A DNA stretch of 64,000 bases from an uncultured Actinomycetota bacterium (GTDB lineage: Bacteria > Actinomycetota > Actinomycetes > Propionibacteriales > Propionibacteriaceae): the NCBI GenBank assembly GCA_963730505.1, contig CAVSSB010000031.1, positions 26,120-90,119 of the forward strand, in the 5' to 3' direction. Positions 55,136-63,496 of this stretch are shown here, piece by piece. The number at the start of each line of letters is the position of its first letter. The stretch's first letter is position 1. The notes beneath the pieces were generated by a model that did no database searches, was not told where the DNA came from, and worked only from the letters and a program-made list of their open reading frames with translations. Made by a program: the position numbers and the translations under genes.

Positions 55136-55654
55136 CTAGCTCAGGGCGTCGCAGAGAGCCTGAACCGTTCCGTCCGCGCCAACATCGAAGCGTCCGTGGT
55201 ACTCCTCGGAGACGAGTTCCCCTATCGCAGGGTCGAAGACGAGTCGCCAAAGCCCGATGGCCTTCTCACCGCCCTTGATCTTCAAATGGATGCCGGTGCC
55301 GAAGATGCTGATCGTCCCGTCCTCGTTCTCGACGAACCGGTCCAGGCCCACGTCCGCCGTCGTGATGGTCGCCGTCGGACTAGTAAGGGTGGACCGGAAA
55401 CTCGGGTGAGCGGTGACCCGTTTCACGGAGCCGTCCGGGTTGAAGAACACGGTCTCCCGGTAGTGCCCAGCGATGCGTGCAGTCACCGGAAACCCGCAAG
55501 CCTCGCTCAAGAACTCGTCCTCGACCGTGACGTCCGCGTCGAACACCTCAGAGACCACCCGCTCAGGCGGTACGGCCATGGCAGGCGAAGCAGTCGAAGC
55601 AGTCGCCAGCCCAACTGCCAGTGCAAGAGTCGCTGCCGCGATGATTCGAATCAT
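55136..55654 (-). CDS. Secreted beta-rich hypothetical protein with a Cys pair
   Basis: Signal peptide MIRIIAAATLALAVGLATASTASPAMA; LSEACGFPV...LCDAL. Confidence 0.8.
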   Translation of the reverse strand: MIRIIAAATLALAVGLATASTASPAMAVPPERVVSEVFDADVTVEDEFLSEACGFPVTARIAGHYRETVFFNPDGSVKRVTAHPSFRSTLTSPTATITTADVGLDRFVENEDGTISIFGTGIHLKIKGGEKAIGLWRLVFDPAIGELVSEEYHGRFDVGADGTVQALCDALS

Positions 55655-55846
55655 CCTGCCCCCGATCGTGTTGCTAGCCCCCGGCCAGTCTGAGCAACCT
55701 TATCCCCGGGGACTGCGGCGGCGTGCAGAACGGCCAAATGTGGTAGCAGGTCCTCTAGATCGATCCCCTCGGCGGCCTTCGATTCCCGACCCCGGCGTGA
55801 GAAAGGAAACGAAAAGCCGCCGGGCGGGTGACATTGACGCCCAGAC

Positions 55847-56203
55847 CTAACCCGGCCGCCTGCCGAGGAACCGGACACCCAAAATTTGCCCCCGCTGCTG
55901 GTCAACCGTGACAATCGCACGCAGATCTGGATCGCTAGTCAACCGCTGATAATCAGCAGCGGCCAACCGAAACCTGACCCAGTTACCGGCCACCGCTTCA
56001 CCGCGGCCAATGTCGCGCCCCGCAGCACGCGCGTACACAGTCGGTGCGCCGTAACGGCCGTCATCCTGCATCAGCGCCTGATGACCCTTCCGCCAAAACC
56101 TCGCGCCGACACCAGACACCTTCACCAACACCGACCCCGTGGCGGGGTCATGAGTTGTCTCGACATCACAGGTGGCAAGCGGCGCCGGAAGAGTCACACT
56201 CAC
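55847..56203 (-). CDS. Hypothetical protein
   Basis: 118 aa; GTGA overlap with the upstream gene's stop. Confidence 0.6.
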   Translation of the reverse strand: MSVTLPAPLATCDVETTHDPATGSVLVKVSGVGARFWRKGHQALMQDDGRYGAPTVYARAAGRDIGRGEAVAGNWVRFRLAAADYQRLTSDPDLRAIVTVDQQRGQILGVRFLGRRPG

Positions 56204-56660
56204 TCCTCATCCGGCGTCCCGGAGATGGGGTGGAAGACCGTCCCCTGGTGGCTCAACGAATCCTCCAACACGCTCGTTCGTTTCGGCCGGGCGGCACGGT
56301 CAGCCGCCGCCCACGCCTCCGCAGCCGACACGCCGACTGGAAGCTCGTGCCAGGGCTGACCGCGGTACAACGCGGCCCTAAACCGCCGATCCTCCTCGAC
56401 GGCCTTCTGCTCCTGCCGTGCAGCCACTTCTTGAGCCCGTAGCTGATTCTCACGGTGCTCAGTGAACAGCTGCCTCGCGGCGTCGCGTGAGATCGCGTCG
56501 CGGCCGATGTCGTCGACAACAACCGGAATGTTCCGGCCATTGAGGTAGCCGACGCTGACCTCAGGCAAATCCAATGCGAGCTGCTGATCGGAACAGGGCC
56601 GTCGGCCGGGGCGGCGTCCTGGTGGGGCGGCCCGATGTCGGTCTTGGTGCTGCCGAACAT
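56200..56660 (-). pseudogene. Element hypothetical protein with an apparent 1-nt deletion near 56582
   Basis: Frame 1 MFGSTK...GPVPIS joins frame 2 QLALDLPEVSVGYL...VVDDIGRDAISRDAARQLF if AGCAG is read as AGCCAG. Confidence 0.5.
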
Positions 56661-56693
56661 ATGAATTCATCTCCAATTCAAATTAGGAACTGA

Positions 56694-56817
56694 TGGCGAG
56701 ACGATGGCAGGCGCGGCTGAGGACGCCGGGCAGAAAGGGACCCGGCTGACCGCCCTTCGGTCCCGAGTTGATTGAGGCCGAGTTGGCACTCGGGCGGCGT
56801 TGACCGTCGTCTCGCCA
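56694..56817. ncRNA. Candidate structured RNA (multibranch)
   Basis: 14-bp closing stem 56694-56707/56804-56817 enclosing three hairpins (56725-56746, 56748-56762, 56778-56793); folded by eye. Confidence 0.4.
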
Positions 56818-56820
56818 AGC

Positions 56821-57003
56821 TCATGTGGTCCGCTGTTCCGGCCCGGTGTGTCTGGTCAAGGCATTGAGCAGCCGTACGCGTTCGGGGTCCGGTAGCTCAT
56901 CCACTCGTTCGGCGAGTTCCCTCGCCAAACGCACCGGCCTTTGAGCACCCCACCGCGACCCCGACAGCTGCCGCGCAGCAACACTCACCGCACTGTCGCT
57001 CAT
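56821..57003 (-). CDS. 60-aa hypothetical protein
   Basis: MSDSAVSVAARQLSGSRWGAQRPVRLARELAERVDELP...; ATG 57003 within track ORF. Confidence 0.55.
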   Translation of the reverse strand: MSDSAVSVAARQLSGSRWGAQRPVRLARELAERVDELPDPERVRLLNALTRHTGPEQRTT

Positions 57004-57086
57004 GCGGACAACGATACCGCAAACATGTTGCGCCCCACCTACGCCAGACACAACAACCCGCCGCCAAATCGCCGTAAATTGAGCGT

Positions 57087-57481
57087 ATGGCGATGCATCG
57101 CAAGCGGCCGATGATGGACAGCCCCCCGCCGGCCGAGCTACTCAGGTTCAGACCGGACAACTGGACAGGGCCAGCCCACGAAACCACCTGGCACCCCGCC
57201 TACGAACGGTGGTGCGCAGCCCGGCAAGCCTGGAGAACCAACACCCCGGCTGGCTGGGTGATCCCGTGGAACAACTACACGACGAACACCAGACCCGGCA
57301 CGAACTCATGCAACGCTGGCCGCTCGAACCGATGGGCCCCGTCAAGATCACCAACTACATCGTCCAAGAAGGCGTCGTCGACCCGGTAACCGGTCTGATC
57401 CGGGGCCGCGTAGCTGGCGAGGACCACATCCCGGCCGGTGGAATCGGCATCCGCCACTGCGACTGGCTACCAGGTATCTAA
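57087..57481 (+). pseudogene. Paralog of 57478..57726 with an apparent 1-nt deletion at about 57233
   Basis: MAMHRKRP...PAELLRFRPDNW...ERWCAARQAW joins ENQHPGWLG if TGGAG is read as TGGGAG; the repaired protein aligns with the neighbour. Confidence 0.65.
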
Positions 57482-57726
57482 CAACCCGCGGCCTCCCACT
57501 CAGAACGCCGACGCGCCTCAAACAGACGATGCTGCACCCTGAGCACATCCAACGCCGTGCCAATCTCCGAACCCGGATGCTGCTTCACAAACTTCATGCG
57601 AGCCCGACCCCAGAGTTCACACGACTGCCACCATTCCCCAGCCGGCCACTCACTCGGATCGAAGATCATCAGCTCAGGCGGAGGCGCCACCGTCAACGGC
57701 GGACGACGATGCACAGCCACTGTCAC
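57478..57726 (-). CDS. Trp-rich hypothetical protein directly downstream of terS
   Basis: VAVHRRPP...PPELMIFDPSEW...ELWGRARMKFVKQHPG; GTGA overlap with the terS stop. Confidence 0.7.
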   Translation of the reverse strand: MTVAVHRRPPLTVAPPPELMIFDPSEWPAGEWWQSCELWGRARMKFVKQHPGSEIGTALDVLRVQHRLFEARRRSEWEAAGC

Positions 57727-58142
57727 CAACCCCCTTCGCTGGCCGCCCGGAGTTCGGCAAGCTTGCCGTTGCTCTCACCGTCGCCCTTGTTCCGCCAACG
57801 CCCGGCGGCGGCCTTCTGGGCATGCCTGCTGCTAGCGCGAGTACCGACTTCCTCGGTGTCGTCAGGAAGATTCAGAGCCGTCGTGAGGCGCTCCAACAGC
57901 AGACGATGGGCACGAACCTCACTGAGCAGCGGATGCGGCCGTATCTGGCCTGTGCTCCCGACGGTGGTCAACTCAGGCAAGGCCCGAACAGCACGCTCCA
58001 GCCGATCCAACTCATCGGCCGTACGGGCGGCTTGACCGAGCATCTCCACCTCAGCCGCAGTCAACACATACTTGTCGACCACAGACAGCCACAGCCGCTT
58101 ACCCGACGCTCTCAGACCACTCGGCGGCCTTTGGTCGGGCAT
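57723..58142 (-). CDS. terS: Phage terminase small subunit (P27-like, actinophage type)
   Basis: PPSGL..SGKRLW..V...Y.L...E..ML..AA...D.L..L...V.GSTGQ..PHPLL.EVR..R..L..L..ALNLPD...S..AQKAA..RW. Confidence 0.8.
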   Translation of the reverse strand: MPDQRPPSGLRASGKRLWLSVVDKYVLTAAEVEMLGQAARTADELDRLERAVRALPELTTVGSTGQIRPHPLLSEVRAHRLLLERLTTALNLPDDTEEVGTRASSRHAQKAAAGRWRNKGDGESNGKLAELRAASEGGW

Positions 58143-58335
58143 AGAGTCATTCTCTCAGGCCCCCGCCCGGAAAACGACCTTCGGGCATGTCGGGGACGGA
58201 GACGAAGTGACTCTAGTCCCGCGATGATTTCACCTCAAAGAAACCGACCCCACTCACCATCTCGCCGCGGTGTTCACTGTCCGATCCCACACTGGTGGCC
58301 AGTCGGTCACGGTTTGCTCCTTGCGGCACGCTGGA

Positions 58336-58357
58336 GGGGCGCCTGGAACGGCGCCCC
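58336..58357 (-). terminator. GC hairpin after 58370..58753
   Basis: GGGGCGCC-TGGAAC-GGCGCCCC, 12 bp past the stop. Confidence 0.55.
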
Positions 58358-58369
58358 GGTGCTGTGCGG

Positions 58370-58753
58370 TCAGCTGTTTAGCCGCTTGCAAATCGAGTCG
58401 AGGTCAGTGACGTGTGGCTCATTGATCATGATGGTCTTACCGTTCGAGAGGTTGGTCTTCAGCTGCAGACCGGTGAACTCAACTGATCTGCCTGCGATGC
58501 TGGTGAGGACCGTACCGTCAGGTTCGACCCGTGTGATCTCGATCGTGGCAGTCTGGAACGGCACCTGGTTGGTGCCCTTGCTGAAGAAGCCGGCGATATT
58601 GGCCACCCGCAGGTCCTGCGGACCGACTGGTTTTTGGGGAGCAGTCAAGACCGTGATGGTACCGCTGATGGTGAATTCGACCCGACCCCCGCACCGATCG
58701 CTCAGAATCTTGCTTCGGAACGAGTCTGAGATGGGGATCCTTTCCCTTATCAT
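58370..58753 (-). CDS. Hypothetical protein, remote paralog of 55136..55654 without a signal peptide
   Basis: GAGGAGG SD; ILSDRCGGRV...EPDGTV...SICKRL. Confidence 0.75.
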   Translation of the reverse strand: MIRERIPISDSFRSKILSDRCGGRVEFTISGTITVLTAPQKPVGPQDLRVANIAGFFSKGTNQVPFQTATIEITRVEPDGTVLTSIAGRSVEFTGLQLKTNLSNGKTIMINEPHVTDLDSICKRLNS

Positions 58754-58947
58754 CCGTCCTCCTCACCCGATTTCGGCGCCTAGCCGGTGCGTCTGGACTC
58801 GACAGTACTCGGAAACCCGGGCGCCGGTCGGGCTAGGTGTGACTCGTGGAATAACACCGGTGAGGCGTCCGGGTGTGACTGTCATTAGCGGGCGGTCATG
58901 TCTTCGTTGCCTCTAGTTGATCTTGTTTGGCGCTCGGGACTACGCAA

Positions 58948-59104
58948 GGGGGTCTTATTAAGACCCCCAACTTGCGCATAGGTCTGGCCGCGCATAGCCC
59001 GCATAGGTCTGCGCATAGGTCTGTTGAGCGTAGCGCGAACAGCCCGCATAGGGTCCGCACAGCTATACGGCCGAAAAGGCCGCGCATAGGTCTCCGCATA
59101 GGTC
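58948..59104. repeat. Candidate replication origin: palindrome plus iterons
   Basis: GGGGGTCTTA-T-TAAGACCCCC at 58948-58968, then seven CGCATAG heptamers at 58975, 58991, 59000, 59012, 59045, 59083, 59095, abutting the primase-helicase stop. Confidence 0.8.
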
Positions 59105-60812
59105 ATTTCGCCGCCCAAATCTTGGGTTTGTTGGTGGCTGCGTCGCCCGGTTGGGTGATCTTCAGAAAGCCTTGGCCGGTGAGTTTGTCGAGCCTTCTGC
59201 GGGCCTTGTCCTTTTCGTTTGGGGTGGGCTTGTCGGTTTCGAATATCGCCATTGCAGCGGCGGCCGCGGTTAGCCCACCAGGCTGCTTGGCGAGGAGGAC
59301 AAGGTCGACGCTGCGCCAGATTTCGGATTTGCCGGTGTCGTGGTCGTGGATGATTTTGAGCGGGCCAACTTCGGAGGCTGGCTGTTTGATGTGGTGGAAC
59401 GACACGATCGCATCACCGGGTTTGCCGTTGAGCAGAACCACGGAGCCTGCTCCGGATGTGATCCAGGTCGAGCCGTAGACGCCGTCGATGGTTGGATGTT
59501 CGGCTTCGACGCGGGTTAACGCTTTGCGGAGGTGGTGGAGCTCCAGGACCTGGACGCCAGCCGTGCAGGCGGTTTGGCGGGCCCGGTTGTAGCTGGCTCC
59601 CACTTCATCGTCAGAGAGTCCGACGGCGGCGTCTTTGAGTGAGTCGACTATCACCGCGTCGGCACACGCCTGCTTGCAGAGTTCCAGCAGCAGGGATGGG
59701 TATTTGGCGAGGTCACCGGGCGGCGGTCCTTGCCAGACGGTCAGATGCTCGTGGAGTTGGGCGCGGTGTTCTTCGCCTACCATGCGGCGGAATGATCGGG
59801 CGGCTTGTCGGGGCCTGTCCATCGCCAAGTACAGGACCCGCATCCCTGAAGTGATCGGGAAGCCGAGCAGGCTGGAGTAGCCGGGGATTCTCATCCAGCC
59901 GAGCGCTATCTGTTGGGCCAACGTAGTTTTGCCTAGGCCTTGTAGCGCGGCGATGATGAGGGCTTCGCCGTCGGCCCATAGGACCTGGTCCCCTTCGCCC
60001 CACAGCGCCTTGGGTTCGGGATCTGTGTCGAGGATGAAGTTGTCGCCGGGCGTGAACTGGAAACCTGTCTTGGCGTCTTGGTCGGGTTCTGGTTCGTCCT
60101 CTCCTGGCTGAGGCGGCGCAACTGAGAGTAGACCGTCGGGCCCGTGTCCAGCTGCGATGTGGTCGGCAGCGTCTTTGCCAACTTTGGCCAGTTTGAACTG
60201 CAGGCTTTTAGCTTTGAGTTTGAGCGCGGTTCGAACCTGCTGCGCCCATTGTTTGCCGCCGTTGTCACGGTCGGGTATGGCGATAATGTCGGCGCCGGTC
60301 AGTGGTGACACATCCACTTTATGGAAGTTGGCGGCGCCCATTGGTGCGGTGGTGGCCACCAGCCCGATGGACTCGAGCGCGTGAACGTCTTTCTCGCCTT
60401 CTACCAGGTAGACGGTCTGCCCAGCTGCGACAGCCTCGGTTATTTTCGGGAGCCGGTAGAGGATCGGTTGGGATTGGGTGTCGCCGCTTTGCCAGAACTT
60501 CTTTTCTGGGCTGCGGTGTGCTGTGCGCAGGATTTGGCCTGGTGCGACTTCGTAGACGTAGGTGACGCCGCGGGGTTCGTCGTACAGGTCACGGCTGGCC
60601 ATGCCGAGCGCGTCGAGCACAGCCTCGATTGGGCAGCCGGTGTGGCAGTGCGCCAACACCTGGCCTTCGATGCCCGTGATCGACAACGACGGATGCCGGT
60701 CATCGTGGGCTGGACATTGGGCCTTCGCCTGGTTCGGCCTGCCGTTGGTTTTGACGACCTTGCCGAGGTCGTGGAGCCGGTCTAGTAGCCGGTCGTAGGC
60801 CGTGGCGGTCAT
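59103..60812 (-). CDS. Primase-helicase (Zn finger, TOPRIM, RepA/AAA_25 SF4 helicase)
   Basis: CPAHDDRHPSL..HCHTGC; VYLVEGEKD...PDRD; Walker A QGLGKTT; VIVDSL; HHLRK; YGSTW; GGAGG SD before ATG 60812. Confidence 0.92.
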   Translation of the reverse strand: MTATAYDRLLDRLHDLGKVVKTNGRPNQAKAQCPAHDDRHPSLSITGIEGQVLAHCHTGCPIEAVLDALGMASRDLYDEPRGVTYVYEVAPGQILRTAHRSPEKKFWQSGDTQSQPILYRLPKITEAVAAGQTVYLVEGEKDVHALESIGLVATTAPMGAANFHKVDVSPLTGADIIAIPDRDNGGKQWAQQVRTALKLKAKSLQFKLAKVGKDAADHIAAGHGPDGLLSVAPPQPGEDEPEPDQDAKTGFQFTPGDNFILDTDPEPKALWGEGDQVLWADGEALIIAALQGLGKTTLAQQIALGWMRIPGYSSLLGFPITSGMRVLYLAMDRPRQAARSFRRMVGEEHRAQLHEHLTVWQGPPPGDLAKYPSLLLELCKQACADAVIVDSLKDAAVGLSDDEVGASYNRARQTACTAGVQVLELHHLRKALTRVEAEHPTIDGVYGSTWITSGAGSVVLLNGKPGDAIVSFHHIKQPASEVGPLKIIHDHDTGKSEIWRSVDLVLLAKQPGGLTAAAAAMAIFETDKPTPNEKDKARRRLDKLTGQGFLKITQPGDAATNKPKIWAAK

Positions 60813-61123
60813 AACGTCACCTCCGGACCAAGATCGATCGGGAGGTAGCCAGGCAGCAGTGCCAGGCAGCCGGGCTCGTGCGGCACCGTGACCTCGATTG
60901 CAAGGCCGGCACGAGCTGCTCGGCGTCGCGCGGCCCGGTTCGGCAAGATCAGCTTGGCGCCGCATGGGCAGGTACCCCCGCCGTTGACGATGGCTCGGCG
61001 GCTCAACCCTTCTTTGATCGCTTCGGGTGCATTGTCGGGGATCTCGGTTTCCAAGATCACGAGACGTTCGCCTTGCAGGGATGTTTCTCTTGGCCGGTAC
61101 CGGAACTCGATCGGCTCACTCAT
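60809..61123 (-). CDS. Hypothetical protein with a CPCG...HxxGC metal site
   Basis: 104 aa; 4-nt overlap with the primase start. Confidence 0.7.
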   Translation of the reverse strand: MSEPIEFRYRPRETSLQGERLVILETEIPDNAPEAIKEGLSRRAIVNGGGTCPCGAKLILPNRAARRRAARAGLAIEVTVPHEPGCLALLPGYLPIDLGPEVTL

Positions 61124-61193
61124 CGCGACCACCGCCGAGTGGGCGGTAAACTGAGCGCAGAATCCATCGCCCGCAATCGCATGGTTTCTTGAT

Positions 61194-61220
61194 GAGCCGG
61201 CCCCCCACCAGGGCCGGTTC
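61194..61220. terminator. Hairpin in the early operon spacer
   Basis: GAGCCGGCCC / GGGCCGGTTC stem. Confidence 0.4.
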
Positions 61221-61225
61221 GCTTT

Positions 61226-61522
61226 TCATGCGGCATCCGGGGCACCGCCTGAATGCAGCTCAGCCTCAGCAGACTCGGCGACGACGGTCAACTCTTTGAT
61301 CTTGCGACGAGCCTGGGCGGACTTATGCGCAAGCCGCAGAAAGTGCGCCTTGCGCAGGTGCTCGGCGCGGACGGGGTCGCCGTTTGCCTGCGCCAAAAAC
61401 CTTGCGGCGAGAGCCGCGCGGGCGGGCGCGGTTCTAGCGGTTCGATCCTCGGTGACAGCCCAAGAGGCATGCGCCCCGAGCTTGCCGATCAGTCTCCGCT
61501 CAGCGGGGGTGGAAGCAGTCAT
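61226..61522 (-). CDS. Small basic protein typical of actinobacterial integrative elements (AHxSWA...DRTARTAPAR)
   Basis: AHASWAVTEDRTARTAPARAA...RKAHFLRLAHKSAQARR; first gene of the replication operon. Confidence 0.75.
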   Translation of the reverse strand: MTASTPAERRLIGKLGAHASWAVTEDRTARTAPARAALAARFLAQANGDPVRAEHLRKAHFLRLAHKSAQARRKIKELTVVAESAEAELHSGGAPDAA

Positions 61523-61669
61523 TTCGCATCACTCCATCGGCCCACCCTGCTGGGGGTTTGCCGTGGAGCTACTTTGCGACGGGCTTAGCTGCCGGACCCG
61601 TGCCCGCGGTCGCCGCGGGCCTGCGTTGTGCCATCAATTATGTCATATCGCTGGCGTATCGTCTGTGCG

Positions 61670-62020
61670 ATGATCATTGTCGAGTGTCACCGGTGTCACC
61701 GTCCGGTAGCACGCCTCGCCCTCCAGGACGGGCGCGCCGAGTTCCTCGGGACGACCGTGGCCGAGAACGGAGATCCGGGAGGTGCCCTCACAGCCGACGT
61801 CGGGCAGCGCATCGGGCGGTGGGCGGCGACTGAGGTGATTTCCACCGACGCGACAGTCGCGCCAGGTTCCGCGATGTCGACAGGGCGGAAAACGATCGGC
61901 CATGCCAGTGGACACTGCAACGAGCGTCGAACGGTCACGCTAGAGGCCCGGACGGCCGCCTACCACCGCGCGATAGCTGCGGGACGAAAGCGGATATCAC
62001 TCCTGGACTTGAGGGCCTGA
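61670..62020 (+). CDS. Hypothetical protein with N-terminal CxxC, divergent from the replication operon
   Basis: MIIVECHRCHRPVARL...GHC; 116 aa from ATG 61670; ends 7 nt from the integrase stop. Confidence 0.55.
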   Translation: MIIVECHRCHRPVARLALQDGRAEFLGTTVAENGDPGGALTADVGQRIGRWAATEVISTDATVAPGSAMSTGRKTIGHASGHCNERRTVTLEARTAAYHRAIAAGRKRISLLDLRA

Positions 62021-62027
62021 AACAGTT

Positions 62028-62939
62028 CTACAGTTCCCCCAGGTTGAGCCGCTGGGCCTCTTCGGCGGCCCTGGCGGATGCCTGAGCCTTGGTGTAGCGC
62101 AGGAGCATGTCGGGCCGCGTCCAGCCGGCCACGGCCATCAGGCCACCCTCGGAGCCGCCCTTCGCGAGCCAGCGGTGGGCCGCGGTGTGCCGCAGGCGAT
62201 GCGGGTGGAAACCCTGTATGCCGGCCATCTCGGCACGCATCGCCAATGTCTTGTGCAGTGCGTCGTAGGAGAAGTGTTTGCCCCGGTCCCCCAGCCACAA
62301 CGCCGGATCGTCTTTGAGCCGATGCGACCGGCGGGATCGCAGATAGCGGTCAATGGCAGCGGCAACCTCCACCGCCAACGGGACCACCCGGCCTCTGCCG
62401 CCTTTGCCACGGCGGATGATCGCTGTCGGCGGATCAGTACGCAGGTTCAGGTCCTGGACTTGCAGCGCAACCACCTCACCGGCCCGAGCACCGGATGTGA
62501 ACATCAGCCGCACCAATGCCTCGTCGCGCTTGTCGCGTAGATCAGGGCCCCGGCATGCCTTTAGCAGTGCCCGTAGCTGGTCGTCGGTCAGCGGCTCAAC
62601 CACCGGCTTATCCAGTCTGGGTGAGCGAAGCCCGAGCAGTGGATCGGCTACCTGTTCGCCTTCCTCGGTGAGCCAGGCCGAGAAGCGTCGCACCGCAAGG
62701 TGGCGAGATACTGCGGTTGCGGGTTTGGCGCCGGAGGTCAGCAGCCCATCGACGAACTCTCGGAGCTGCCGCCGCTCCAAAACAGCGGGTTTCTCGTTGG
62801 CGGCGCACCAGGTGAGGTAGGCGCGTATCCCGTCGCCGTAGCTCTTGACCGTTTGGGGTGACTTCCGCTCCGCCCGCAAGTGCAGCTCCCAGGAGCCCAG
62901 CAGCTCGGCGAGGTCCGGCGCGGCGTTACGGCTGGCCAT
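62028..62939 (-). CDS. int: Tyrosine recombinase / integrase (XerC/D-sized, 303 aa)
   Basis: SAM-like domain SPQTVKSY; catalytic R (TSGARAGE), K (GKGG), HRLRH, GW, RY; GAGGGG SD before ATG 62939. Confidence 0.95.
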   Translation of the reverse strand: MASRNAAPDLAELLGSWELHLRAERKSPQTVKSYGDGIRAYLTWCAANEKPAVLERRQLREFVDGLLTSGAKPATAVSRHLAVRRFSAWLTEEGEQVADPLLGLRSPRLDKPVVEPLTDDQLRALLKACRGPDLRDKRDEALVRLMFTSGARAGEVVALQVQDLNLRTDPPTAIIRRGKGGRGRVVPLAVEVAAAIDRYLRSRRSHRLKDDPALWLGDRGKHFSYDALHKTLAMRAEMAGIQGFHPHRLRHTAAHRWLAKGGSEGGLMAVAGWTRPDMLLRYTKAQASARAAEEAQRLNLGEL

Positions 62940-62961
62940 CGACCCCTCTTGACGTAACAAC

Positions 62962-63496
62962 TCAGGGTGCAGTCGCGGTCTGACCGAGGGCCAGGGCAAC
63001 GGCCTCCGGTGGCGTCATGACCACGATGCCCACGTCCGACCGCAGCCGCTCCTGCGTCCGCTTCTTGATCAGGTGCTTGTCCCGGGTGACGAACACGTCG
63101 TGTCCGGCCATCACGTGCGCGGTGAGGTGGTGGACATCGATCATCCGCCTGCCGGCGTCTTCCGGTTTCTTGCCTTCCAGGACAATCGCCGCGATCTCCT
63201 CGTCCAAGCGCTGCGTCTCGTCGTCTGCGAACACGTCACCGTTGAAAAATTCGTAGTCGTCGCCGAGCCTGAGCGAACCTGGCACCTTTTACGATCGGCG
63301 TCTGGCTCAGATAGTCCAGGTTGTCCCGGCGCTGGTCCGGAGAGGCTTTGCGTTGGTCCGCCTCGAAACCGGAGGTTCTGGCGATGGCAATCTTGCCCGC
63401 CGCCGCCAGCTCGACCAGCCGCTCAACGGACGGGCTATCAGGCTCTCCGTTGGCGGCAGCGATCACGCTGTTCGTGTCTAAGGTGAATGTCACCAT
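62962..63496 (-). pseudogene. Stand-alone PIN-like domain gene split by a 1-nt insertion in the A4 run at 63287-63290
   Basis: N-half FTLDTNSV; C-half MIDVHHL.AH..AGHDVFVTRD; one A fewer gives a continuous 177-aa protein. Confidence 0.7.

Noticed and set aside
57822-58916. 364-aa plus-strand ORF
   Set aside because: Antisense to terS and to 58370..58753, both of which have better motifs or SD; no recognisable domain
58948-59104. Short repeats as a CRISPR array, or ORFs 58896..59099 and 58885..59118 as genes
   Set aside because: Repeats are 7-11 bp with irregular spacing and no cas genes are present; the repetitive peptides are translations of the iterons
63285-63292. Programmed ribosomal frameshift in the PIN gene, and at 56582 and 57233
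   Set aside because: No canonical X XXY YYZ slippery site in the needed frame; simple indels are more parsimonious
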